Notes under the pieces: generated by a model
What the model was told of the DNA's origin: nothing
The model's database searches: none
Seen by the model: the letters and a program-made list of their open reading frames with translations, nothing else
Program-made: the position numbers and the translations under genes
Shown: piece after piece, positions 37,440-49,530 of the stretch
How the letters are laid out: every line of letters begins with the position of its first letter
Position numbering within the stretch: position 1 is the stretch's first letter
Source of the DNA: Eledone cirrhosa
Taxonomy: Eukaryota
Length of the DNA: 64,000 nucleotides
Reading direction: 5' to 3'
Assembly (NCBI GenBank): GCA_964016885.1
Contig: OZ024745.1
Span: 134,230,001-134,294,000 of the forward strand

Positions 37440-39932
37440 GACACAGCAATAGACAGCCATACACAGCCATAGACAGCAATAGACAGATATACACATTCAT
37501 AGACAGACATAGACAGCCATAGACAGACATACACAGCCATAGACAGATATACACAGCAATAGACAGATATACACAGCAATAGACAGACATACACAGCCAT
37601 AGACAGACATACACAGTAATAGACAGACATACACAGCAATAGACAGACATACACAGCAATAGACAGACATACACAGCAATAGACATACATACACAGCAAT
37701 AGACAGACATACACAGCCATAGACAGATATACACAGCAATAGACAGACATACACAGCAATAGACAGACATACACAGCAATAGACAGACATACACAGCCAT
37801 AGACAGACATACACAGCCATAGACAGACATACACAGCCATAGACAGACATACACAGCCATAGACAGACATACACAGCCATAGACAGACATACACAGCAAT
37901 AGACAGATATACACAGCAATAGACAGACATACACAGCAATAGACAGACATACACAGCCATAGACAGACATACACAGCAATAGACAGCCACAGACAGACAT
38001 AGACAGACATACACAGCCATAGACAGATATACACAGCAATAGACAGCCATAGACAGACATCCACAGCCATAGACAGACATACACAGCAATAGACAGACAT
38101 ACACAGCAATAGACAGACATACACAGCCATAGACAGATATACACAGCAATAGACAGACATCCACAGCAATAGACAGACATGCACAGCAATAGACAGACAT
38201 ACACAGCAATAGACAGCCATAGACAGACATAGACAGACATACACAGCAATAGACAGACATACTCAGCAATAGACAGACATACACAGCAATAGACAGACAT
38301 ACACAGCCATAGACAGACATACACAGTAATAGACAGACATACACAGCAATAGACAGACATACACAGCAATAGACAGACATACACAGCCATAGACAGACAT
38401 ACACAGTAATAGACAGACATACACAGCAATAGACAGACATGCACAGCAATAGACAGACATACACAGCAATAGACAGCCATAGACAGACATAGACAGACAT
38501 ACACAGCAATAGACAGCCACAGACAGACATAGACAGACATACACAGCCATAGACAGACATACACAGCCATAGACAGCAATAGACAGATATACACAGCCAT
38601 TGACAGACATACACAGCAATAGACAGCCATAGACAGACATAGACAGACATACACAGCCATAGACAGACATACACAGCAATAGACAGACATACACAGCCAT
38701 AGACAGACATACACAGCAATAGACAGACATACACAGCAATAGACAGATATACACAGCCATAGACAGACATACACAGCAATAGACAGACATACACAGCAAT
38801 AGACAGACATAGACAGACATACACAGCCATAGACAGACATACACAGCAATAGACAGACATAGACAGACATACACAGCCATAGACAGCCATAGACAGCCAT
38901 AGACAGATATACACAGCAATAGACAGACATACACAGCAATAGACAGATATACACAGCCATAGACAGACATACACAGCAATAGACAGACATACACAGCAAT
39001 AGACAGACATGCACAGCTATAGACAGACATAGACAGACATACACAGCCATAGACAGACATACACAGCAATAGACAGACATACACAGCAATAGACAGACAT
39101 ACACAGCAATAGACAGACATACACAGCCATAGATAGCAATAGACAGACATACACAGCAATAGACAGACATACACAGCAATAGACAGACATACACAGCCAT
39201 AGACAGACATACACAGCCATAGACAGACATACACAGCCATAGACAGACATACACAGCAATAGATAGCAATAGACAGACATCCACAGCCATAGACAGATAT
39301 ACACAGCAATAGACAGACATACACAGCAATAGACAGACATACACAGCCATAGACAGACATACACAGTAATAGACAGACATACACAGCAATAGACAGACAT
39401 ACACAGCCATAGATAGATATACACAGCAATAGACAGACATCCACAGCAATAGACAGACATGCACAGCAATAGACAGACATACACAGCAATAGACAGCCAT
39501 AGACAGACATAGACAGACATACACAGCAATAGACAGACATACACAGTAATAGACAGACATACACAGCAATAGACAGACATGCACAGCCATAGACAGACAT
39601 ACACAGCAATAGACAGCCACAGACAGACATAGACAGACATACACAGCCATAGACAGACATACACAGCCATAGACAGCAATAGACAGATATACACAGCAAT
39701 AGACAGATATACACAGCCATAGACAGACATACACAGCTATAGACAGCCATAGACAGACATAGACAGACATACACAACCATAGACAGACATACACAACCAT
39801 AGACAGCAATAGACAGATATACACAGCCATAGACAGCAATCGACAGATATACACAGTCATAGACAGCAATCGACAGATATACACAGCCATAGACAGCAAT
39901 CGACAGATATACACAGCAATAGACAGACATAC
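37440..39932. repeat. Satellite of 10-bp units (agacagacat / acacagc[a/c]at) with a 20-bp dimer period, ~2.5 kb
   Basis: Directly visible; the 10-bp register is kept throughout. Confidence 0.97.
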
Positions 39933-40107
39933 AAAGACAGATTAGTTGCTAGATATGTTGGTTTACTGATTGGCTTCTCTGTTGTGGGAAAGTTGTTGAG
40001 CAAGGCATCTGCCATAAGCAACATCTCATTAGTCTCTTCCAGCAACTTCCACGTAAACCACTTTATTAGACTTATCCGATGATCAAACAATGAACGATCG
40101 AATCAAT

Positions 40108-40336
40108 CTATATGTGTGTGTGTGTGTGTGTGTGTATATAAATATATATATATATAATTAAATATATATATATAATTATACATGTGTATATGTATATATA
40201 AATATGTATATATGTTTAAATATGTATGTATATATATATATATATACATATGTATAAATATGTATATATATATATATGTATATATGTTTAAATATGTATA
40301 TATATATGTATATATGTACATATATGTATGTATGTA

Positions 40337-40390
<54 letters not shown>
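40108..40390. repeat. (TG)/(TA) microsatellite
   Basis: Directly visible. Confidence 0.93.
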
Positions 40391-40394
<4 letters not shown>

Positions 40395-40640
40395 CTTTCA
40401 AAGTAAAGGGTGTCATGAAGGATACAAAATCAAACATATATCTTGTCTCTAAAAACAGCTCAAGATAGAATTCAGAGAATAAAATTGAGCCTTAATCATT
40501 ATAAGTGAATGAAATATATTCATCCACAGATAAGTGTGCACTAAGACATATCAAAAGTTAAGACTGGTTGGTGTTAGGAAGGGCATCCAGCCATAGAAAA
40601 ATATTGCAAAATACACTATATATACATTCATATATATATC

Positions 40641-41400
40641 ATTGTGTGCAGAGGATATACGCAGACTAGAGAGAAACGAAGCTTGCATGCTCCGCTGGAT
40701 GTGTAATAGTAATATACGTGAACGACAAAGCATAAACGAACTAAGGAAAAAATTAGAAATAAGAGGGATCAGATGTTGTTTACTAGAGAGAAGGCTACGT
40801 TGGTATGGTCACGTGATGCGCATGGAGGACGATAGCTGTATAACAAAGTGCAGGGCAATAAAGATAGACGGTAGCCACAGAATAGGCAGACCCAGAAAAA
40901 CCTGGGACGAGCTGATAAACTCCGACCTCACACACTTACACCTCACCAAGACAATGTCACTGGACCGAGACCTTTGGCGGTACTCAGTAATAGAGAAGAC
41001 CCGCCTTACCTAAATACAAAGTAAAACCTACTACAGTCAGTAGGCATCTCTAACAAAATACACCCCCGTCCCACCACCCCCACCCTATCCACACCGCCCC
41101 CTTCTATGTAAAGTTATGTTGGTGCCACACCATCCAGGCCGAAACAAATGAGATCGTGTAGGTGTCACGACAAAAAAACACACAGTCCACGCTGTAATGT
41201 GGCCGTGTAGGCAACACGGTAAAAACCTCCCAGACCCACACTGTAAATGTGGTTGGTGTTAGGAAGGGCATCCAACTGTAGAAAACCTGCCAGACAGTCC
41301 TATGCGAGCAAGACAATCACTCTTGCCTCAAGTGGAAAAACCCCCGTCCAAACCCATGCAAGCGTGGAACACGGACGTTAAACGTGATGATGATGATGAT
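40641..41400 (+). mobile_element. 5'-truncated RTE-clade LINE (ORF C-terminus + 3' UTR + (GAT)n tail)
   Basis: LERNE..MLRWMC..ELRKKL..RRLRWYGHVMRM..GRPRKTW..DRDLWR; ends aacgt(gat)n. Confidence 0.9.
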
Positions 41401-41935
41401 CGCTATTTCAGAGCACCAATTCTAATTTTCAATTTTTGCTGGACAGGCAACCGCTCTGTATAATCAGTTTCTGTTTATTACTGGAATTCTATAAGAATCT
41501 AACATTCATAATTTTCAGCAAACAAGGGAAGTGCTAGGCTTTGATAAGTACCAACAGAGCTCTGTCAGCTTATCTCCCCTTGTTTGCTGAAAATAGAAGT
41601 AAGTGACATAGTCATTTCTTTAAAACAATAGCGCAAGGTCTTCAAAATGCTTTTAATTAAGCATACAGTGTATTGCAAAATACACTATATATACATTCAT
41701 AAAATATATCGCTATTTCAGAGCACCAATTCTAATTATATATATATATATACTCATATAGTAGGCAAACTTCAGTAAAGCCACCAGGTTTTGATATTTTG
41801 TTTGTAGCTATTTCACTTTATTTACATTACCTGTATGGAGTCCTTTGTGCTTATATAAAAATTATTTTTTGGTCGCAGAAACAAACTAACTTTGAATAAC
41901 AAAATGATTCTTTTTTTTTTCTACAATTCTTTCAG

Positions 41936-42272
41936 CTGGTTGGCAAGTGCCAAGAAAACGATACTCACGAAGATACCGACACAGAAGCACCCTGGACGAC
42001 CTCGAAGAACTGATAGCACCAACCATGAGTTGCAGTAGCTACTACAGTGGTGGTGATGAAGCGAATGATTTACACGAGGAGGAAGAAGGACTGGTCGATA
42101 ACACTTTTCATTCAGAAGATGAAGATGATAACCACCATGCAAATATAATGGGAAGAGAATCTATAGACAGGCAGTTTCTACAACGGGAACTGCACAACAT
42201 GAGAGTGGAGTTAGAGCAAGCTAAGGAAACAATCCACAAGCTTCAAGACAGGGAAAAGCAACTACGTGACAG
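41936..42272 (+). CDS. MIEAP/SPATA18-like gene, first visible exon (acidic + coiled coil); possible start ATG at 42025
   Basis: Acceptor tttcag|, donor ag|gtatt (phase 2); LQRELHNMRVELEQAKETIHKLQDREKQLRDR joins in frame to the next exon. Confidence 0.8.
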
Positions 42273-43219
42273 GTATTATTTCTTTCTTGAAATTCTTGTT
42301 GTTGTTGCTGCAGGAACCTGGGTAAACACTAATAATAATTCTGTCAGGAGTTGCGACTAGCAGATAGTATCAGCAATGGAAAAACCAATAGAAACAGTTT
42401 CCTTTGTTCAAACTGAAGATTGAATCTTCTCCTTGAACAGGTCAAAAGACTACAACCTCTCTCATTACCCTCAACAACTTCTGTTTTATCGCTAGGTATC
42501 GTTTGTAGAGATTCTTAACTTTTATAGACATCGTAAATGTCTGTGTACCAGCAATAGTAAAGCCTGTTCTTTTCTTTTAGGAGTGTATTTAATTTTTTTA
42601 AAGTATTTATTTAATATATAGGTTGAACAATAAAATGCAAAGATGAGGTTTAATGCTTTATTCATTTCAAAATGTGGTATGAACCATGCTATCGTGAGAC
42701 TGATCATTAGCAGTTATGTAACTATTGAAGGCCGTGAAGTAGCAGAGTCATCATTAGAATGTCGGATAGAATGTTTTGTGGTATTGGTTTCAGCTTTCTG
42801 TGTTCAAATCTGCTGTATTTAGACCCAGAGAAGAGATGGGCTCTGCCAGGTTTTTAAAATGATGTAGAAGTGCTGTATGTTAATACAGCTCTTCTACAAT
42901 TCCATGCCGAGTTACGGGGCAAAGAAAACTCCTTATTATTAGCTTTGATAAAACATATCCATCCCACAGTATTTCTCATATTTTTAAGGAAGATGTATTA
43001 TATACATTTTGAAAATAAAACAAATTATAATTTCTTAAACAATCAACATGAATTTAAGTATTTCTGCATTTGTGGGCAAAACATTTAACTCTACATTGCC
43101 TTCACCTGGTTCTTGGGAATATATACCAGATCAGGAATGTTACCTATGGTAGATTGATGTCATATATAATGGGCAGGTTTATTTATCCCTTGCATCATCT
43201 GCTGTAACGAGTCTTAACA

Positions 43220-43458
43220 TTAACCCTTTAGTTACCAACCCAGCCAAAACCAGCTCTGGTTCTATGAAATAAAACCACCCATTTTGAAGGTTTCCAATTT
43301 AAATTAAAATCTTCCAACGTAATTTTATATAAAAACCTACATTAAATTACAATCTTAGTAATGAAATAATTAATAATTTTAGTAATTCCCTCAAAATTCT
43401 TAATTAATTAATTGAAATAGAGTGTATTTGATTAGCAATGCAGTCATGAAAGGATTAA
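43220..43458. mobile_element. piggyBac-type MITE, second subfamily, decayed (related inverted copy about 51870-52096)
   Basis: TTAA-CCCTTTAG start and aaaggattaa end; body matches the reverse complement of 51900-52096. Confidence 0.65.
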
Positions 43459-44515
43459 GACATGAAATAGAGACTCGCCTGAATGATAATGGTGGAAGCA
43501 GTTATGCGTTGCCATTAGTACTGTACCATATCCATGAATAAGTCACCTAAATCTTATTTGCTCAAGCTATCTCACATGATTGGATGTAACTCCTGAGGGA
43601 GCACCATATTGACATACAGTGTTTCTCGGACATGTTTGGAACCTGACAGAGCCCATCTCCAGGAACACAGAGTGAAAGATAATGAAAGTGTTGACTGGTA
43701 CATTATTTTAGCAACCTCAAAAGGATGAAAGGCAATGTTGATCTTGGTGGGATTTGAACTCAGAGAGCAGAGAGTGGAAATGAATACTGCAAAGCATTCT
43801 ATTCAACGTTCGAACAAATCTGCCAATTCGTCACCTTTTTTGCCATGAATGGGTTTAATACAAAATTTTAGGAAGTTGGGTGTGGTATAATTAAGAAATG
43901 TTTGATAGCTTACAATGTTGAATTCAAGTGGTTTATGTAGGTCTGGCCAGAGGAAACTACTCCTGTATATCCTCCTTCAATGTTTCTTAAAATTAGCAGG
44001 ATTACTAAGAGACCAATCTGTTTTCAACATCATTAAAAAGTGTAGTGCTGTTAAGAATGAAGAGTATTGGATGATAGAGTATTCCGGAGGGTATCGTGAA
44101 AAGGTGGAGAATATCTTTTAAAAAATTAAGGTCCTCGTTAATTTATCAACTAAATTATTCTAAAGATGAATATCATCATCATCATCATTATCATTATCAT
44201 CATCATTTTTACATCTGCTTTTCCACACTTGTATGGGTTGGATGGGGTCAGCACAGCATCTCTCCACTCATCATCCCTTGATCCCCCAACAGTTCATTAT
44301 ATTTAGGCAGCAGCTATGAGAGGACTTCAGCATGTAAATCTTTCTAGGTCCAGACAAGAAACTAATGAAATGTAGTGCCCTATTTTTAAAAAAAAAAAAA
44401 ATCTTCTGCTCCTTTCACTTCTACATCGAAGTGATAAGAAACTGTAATGGCTAACTGTGATTTTAACGGTTTTCTTTGATTTTATAGCTTAGTGTTTATT
44501 TTATTTTTATTGAAG

Positions 44516-44726
44516 ATTATCAGAACAAGCCCAGAAACAATTTACCCTCACAAACAGTCATTTTGAAGATTTGTCTTTAAACGAAAAACGACCAACAGAA
44601 CTTATCCGTCTCTATGGTAACCTGTACAGTGAAACAAGAGTGGAAGCAGCTGATGACCTTGATTCTATTCCAGAAATATCTCAATATGATAATCTCAAGA
44701 CGAAAATTCTATTCTCTGTTGTTGTA
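44516..44726 (+). CDS. MIEAP-like gene exon
   Basis: ttgaag|A TTA TCA..; LSEQAQKQF..FEDLSLNEKRPTELIRLYGNLYSETRVEAADDLD..KILFSVVV|gtaagt (phase 0). Confidence 0.88.
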
Positions 44727-44952
44727 GTAAGTATTATGGTCATTCAGTTGCGACTTTCTTAGAAATATAGTTTCATTATTGTATACTTTGCTTTTAAAAA
44801 ACTTTTACTGTAGGCATAGTTATATATATATATATATATACATACATACATATACACACACACACACACATAGATACATACATGATGGCTGCCCCCTCGT
44901 TATCAAGTATGGTCATTGCCCGATATACCATTATTAATAATTATCAATTAAT

Positions 44953-45137
44953 TGTTTCTACTTTAGGCACAAGGCCAGCAATTACTCAGTGCATTACTGG
45001 TACTTTATTTTATCGACCCCGTAAGGATGAAAGGCAAAGTCAACCTCAGCGGGATTTGAACTCGGATCGTAAAGGGACATAACTATGCTAGAAAGCATGG
45101 CGTCCGACCCTCTACCGATACTGCCAATCCACCGCCC
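44953..45137 (-). mobile_element. SINE family A, full length, with 14-bp TSD
   Basis: TSD aattatcaattaat at 44939-44952 and 45138-45151; A-box tggcagtatcgg and B-box gagttcaaatc. Confidence 0.92.
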
Positions 45138-47175
45138 AATTATCAATTAATGCCATCATGCAATGCATGTGATTGAAGATTTTTTTTAAGTGAGGAAAGA
45201 CTGTGCACTGAGCCAATCTCACTCTCTGAACGACAGTAGCTATAACCCGAAAAGAAGAAAAGATCATCACCATCGATAACTACCGAGCCACAGGTTTCAT
45301 GTTGGAGTTATCCCAGTTTCCTGAGTTGCCTTCGCCTAGAAGATGCCTTAACAAAGGCTAGGGGTCCTTCACTCCCAGTGGTTTAACAACGTGATCAGAT
45401 ATCCAGCCTGATTATTTCTATGTCCCCGCACATATATATACACATGCACCCATGTATATACATATTTACACATTTTTGGATGGCTGTTGACTCTTATCAG
45501 TTCTTCCAAGAGTAAAGAAAATATGGTCATCAGAACTCTGCATATACACTTGTACAGATACAAAGCATATGCACATGCACACATACAACTCAAAACATCC
45601 ACATCTACACATACAATAACATCCATATCTGCACACACATGCCTGCAGACATGCATACATATCTACCTAGTTGATGTTGTGTAAATTCCAATGAGAGAGT
45701 CTTGTGTCTATGTTAGAAACCGACTCTCTCTTTATTGACAAAAATTTGTGAAATTATAAAACCAGAAGAACATACATACACATACACACACATACACATA
45801 TATGCATACATACACATACACACATACATACATACATACACACATACAGCAGTGTATAACAATGTGAGTTAATGATTAAGTTCTTCATATTAATGAGATA
45901 ATTAAATGAAGCATTAACAACAGGTTTGTGGAAGTTGTAAAATGACATTTCTCAGCATTGTAGGTCTAAATTATGCCTTCTTCCATTATTATTGCTGAAA
46001 CAATCTGAGAGAAACTTAAGACATGTTCCCGAATACTTCCCTAATTGCATCAGTATAAGTATTTCACACTAACAAACGCAGATTTCTTGACAGATTAATG
46101 ATATCAGGGAAGCCTTTTCTTTTCCCATGTAAGGACAACTTGTTCTCCAACAACTATCATTGACCAGTGTGTTTGTGTTAGTCAACACCATTCAAACTTC
46201 ATCAGTTAAACCTGTTTTGTTAATTCCTATATTCATTACTTCATTGGTTTCCCCTCTGTCATCACTAACTACCATTACTTATCTTCAGTCCTTTCAGTCT
46301 TTCCTCCAAGCTACCAACAACCAAATTTCTTACTTAAATCTTTATCTACTCTCCTCAACATCTTCTTCCCCATCTACGTATTTGCCATTAGTTTTATTTC
46401 TTTTAAAGTTCCGAAGACTATTTCAACACAGCTCTAATAAGAACTGCATTAGAATTATCCTTAACATCATCAGATTGAATACAGTTGATCTCTAATGATA
46501 TCTATGGTTAACTATGAGTGTGTACATGGCTCCATTCCGAACCCATCAATTGTAGCTAGCTCAGCATGAACACAACGAATCCTCTCCAGTACTCTAACAA
46601 TTCAACTAGCCCACAGTCATAGACTGGTACATGATTTATCAACCCCATAACCATGGTTGGATTTGAACTCAGAACACAAGCAACTGAAATAAATAGCATA
46701 AACACATTTACTAACTTGCTGCTTTATTAGAATACTAATAATATACCCAGTGTTGCAGCTATACACAAAAGTCATCTTAAACTTCAGTCTTCTCTACAAA
46801 AAACCATCCAACATATTGGTAAAAATTCACTGACCAACCTGCTAACTACTGCCTTACAGACACACTATTTCTTTTCTCTGACTTTTACAACTCTGTTGGT
46901 TTCTAATTGAAACTACCGCAGCTTATCTGCTACACTCACCTTCCTTCCTCTAAGAAAGCAGGGTATGACTTCAGAGAAATCTAGCAGACCAGCAACCACA
47001 TAAAGGCTCCCTAGATGTTGACCTCCAGAATATCAAACTAACCAGTCTGCTGGAGTCTGTGAGGGTCATGGACATTGAACTTCTGACAAAATTGTAAAAA
47101 GATATCAGACCTCTTCAAATTTTCCCAGTCCTACTTTCATCATCATCACCACCACCATCACCATCATCACCTTTT

Positions 47176-47435
47176 TCTTCTTCCTGAGAGGGTCATGGAG
47201 GTAGATTCCTCAAATACTGCCTCCAGCAGGTCCTGTCAGAAGCAACTGTCTCTAACTAGTCCGGCTAGATCCCTGGGCGAGACCAGCCAAACTCATGGAT
47301 GTTAATCAACCATCTTGTTCAGGGTTTATCTATGGGTATCCTGTCAGTTGGTTTTGCTCATAAAATCTGTCCAGCAATTCTTTCCTGAGACATTCTAACC
47401 AGAGGCCCATAGTATCGGAGCTGTGATCTCTCTCT
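47176..47435 (-). mobile_element. RTE (Expander/Rex3-like) LINE 3' fragment
   Basis: Minus translation KP*TRWL..GWSRPGI..LETVASDRTCWR..LPP*P, (GAA)n end; related pieces at about 51215-51280 and 57655-57800. Confidence 0.65.
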
Positions 47436-47539
47436 CCAACTTTCATAATCCCTACTTTCATAATCCCTAATATTCAGGGCAGTCACATTCATTTATACTT
47501 TAAACTGTATTTGAAAGATGGTACCTCCTTATTTTGCAG

Positions 47540-47725
47540 CTGGCTTTTCGCTCAACACTCAACTCATTACTGGATTTAAAAAGTAAAGTCCGAGATTTAC
47601 TTCGTATTCAAGTGAGTGATATTAACAACCAAAGTAATGACCTGCCATCTTTAACTCTGGAAGCTGAGATTGATGACTATATAAGGAAGACTGTTGATCG
47701 TTATGATTGTTCAGTTAATGCTGAG
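47540..47725 (+). CDS. MIEAP-like gene exon
   Basis: tttgcag|LAFRSTL..IDDYIRKTVDRYDCSVNAE|gtaatt; 186 nt, phase 0/0. Confidence 0.88.
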
Positions 47726-48018
47726 GTAATTTAACAGCCATTTCACAATGTTTATTGACATTTCCTGGGTCTCTTCATAAATGTTTGCTAGCTTTCTCAC
47801 TTTTCAGGTTATTTATTCTACACTAGACAAACTTCTACAAGGTTGTTTAATCAGATAAGAATAGCAGCTAAACCTCCCTCACATTACAACTTACTATCTT
47901 AAAAAGGAAATACACAATGAATAATGTTATCCAAAATACTGTGTTTCAGAACTGGAGATAAACAACAACTATATTAGATTCACTGGCAACTGTATATTTC
48001 TCATTAGTTATATATATA

Positions 48019-48174
48019 TCATCATCATCGTTTAACATCCATCTTCCACGCTTGCATGGGTTTGGATGGGAATTTTCCCATTTGAGGCAAGATTGGTTTT
48101 CTTGCTCGTATAGGACTGTCTGGCGGGTTTTCTACGGCTGGATGCCCTTCCTAACACCAACCACGTTTACAGTG

Positions 48175-48175
<1 letters not shown>
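48019..48175 (-). mobile_element. 3' UTR fragment of the RTE family at 40641-41400
   Basis: Reverse complement of about 41240-41400 including the (gat)n tail. Confidence 0.85.
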
Positions 48176-48207
<32 letters not shown>

Positions 48208-48274
48208 ATACATACATACATATAGTGAAAGAGTGAAGAGTAACATAGTCGGCTGTACAAAAAGGTTTTATTTA

Positions 48275-48388
48275 CAGTATTAACAATTGTTTCATTGATC
48301 AGGTGAGTCTAAAGGCCGCTGATTACTCGAGGTTGTGTCACTTGACCTTAAATACAGTGTGGTCTCTGATCAAATCATCAGAATACTG
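48275..48388 (-). ncRNA. Type I hammerhead, intact core, long stem II loop
   Basis: cagtatt-CTGATGA-t-ttgatcag..(~60 nt)..ctgatcaa-t-GAAAC-aatt-GTT|aatactg; perfect 7-bp stem I. Confidence 0.85.
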
Positions 48389-48556
48389 GAGGGTGTAACA
48401 TATGGCATTAGTATTTATAGATACATCAGAGAATCAAGTAAATAAAAACAATAACATCATAATAAAAATATTATCTTTTATTATTGATGTTATTGTTTTC
48501 ATTTACTTGATTCTCTGATGTAATCTATAAATACCAATGCCATATGTTACACCCTC

Positions 48557-48670
48557 CAGTATTCCGATGATTTGATCAGAGACCACACTGTATTTAAGGT
48601 CAAGTGACATAACCTCGAGTAATCAGCGGCCTTTAGACTCACCTGATCAATGAAACAATTGTTAGTACTG
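48557..48670 (+). ncRNA. Hammerhead copy with U4C core change (CCGATGA)
   Basis: Mirror of 48275-48388. Confidence 0.7.
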
Positions 48671-49245
48671 TAAATAAAACCTTTTTGTACAGCCGACCAT
48701 GTTATTCTTCACTCTTTCACTATCATTACTCCAAGAATAACCTGCATGAGAATTCTCGCAAACTCGCCACCTAACTAAGGAAACCTTTTGTTGAGTCAAA
48801 CAATGCCGTACGTTAAAACTATCCACTGTACAGAGTACTCACAACCTCTAACTGGATTACCTAAAATTATACCTTGTATCCTATATATATATATGTATAT
48901 ATGTATAAGATAAACAGAAATAACAAAACAATTGCCTTCCCATCCGACCCTGCCCTCAAACAACAAATATAAGCTATTTTGCCAGATGGTGCTATTAAGT
49001 TAGACATGGCCTGGGCCACTACTGGTCGAAACCTATCAAAGTTATCTGTGGCGTATTGAGGATTTCATCCAACAATAAATCAATAGCTGAATGGAAATGG
49101 TAATCAATACAACTAGACCAGTGTCAACAGAATTGCGTAGAAATCCTATATAACATTGCTTCTATATAACACTGTATGTCATAAATATATATAAATACAC
49201 ACTTGTGCCACTTATATAATTTCATATATCGTTACTATTTTGCAG

Positions 49246-49530
49246 GAAGTTTGCTCCCAAATATATTTGACATTATATGATTATCCATGTCTTCGCCAAA
49301 GTTCTGGTCTACGAATGTACATTGAAGAATGTGTTCGAGTTTCCTGGGCACTGAATGTCCAAAATCCACGCTACGTCATCAGTTATGATTCACGGACTTT
49401 CAATCCAAACTTTCATTCACGCTTCCATACATCAGATTCAACAAGTGATGACATTTTGGAATTTCTCTGGCCTACACTTTTGGAAAGAAATAGTACCAGT
49501 TGTGTTTTTAAAGGTGTTGTCTTAACATGA
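49246..49530 (+). CDS. MIEAP-like gene, last coding exon (mitochondria-eating protein C-terminal-like domain)
   Basis: tttgcag|EVCSQIY..YIEECVRVSWALNVQNP..FNPNFHSRFH..LWPTL..VFKGVVLT*; motif pattern recalled from the SPATA18/MIEAP family. Confidence 0.88.
   Translation, partial: EVCSQIYLTLYDYPCLRQSSGLRMYIEECVRVSWALNVQNPRYVISYDSRTFNPNFHSRFHTSDSTSDDILEFLWPTLLERNSTSCVFKGVVLT

Larger units (their letters stand above)
48222..48723. repeat. Near-perfect ~250-bp-arm inverted repeat (inverted PLE terminal-repeat pair) in the last intron of the MIEAP-like gene
   Basis: Arms are reverse-complementary around about 48471 with roughly 10 differences; tail 48724-48882 runs into (TA)n. Confidence 0.95.

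Noticed and set aside
37373-39930. Long Cys/Val/Tyr-rich minus-strand ORFs (up to 805 aa)
   Set aside because: Translation of the 10-bp satellite; open in all three frames, so no coding signal.
44953-45137. tRNA genes
   Set aside because: A and B boxes are present, but there is no cloverleaf; these are SINE heads with TSDs.
45487-45538. Minus-strand CTGATGA-cca..tgg-aagaa..GTC as a hammerhead
   Set aside because: No GAAA; at best a heavily decayed relic.
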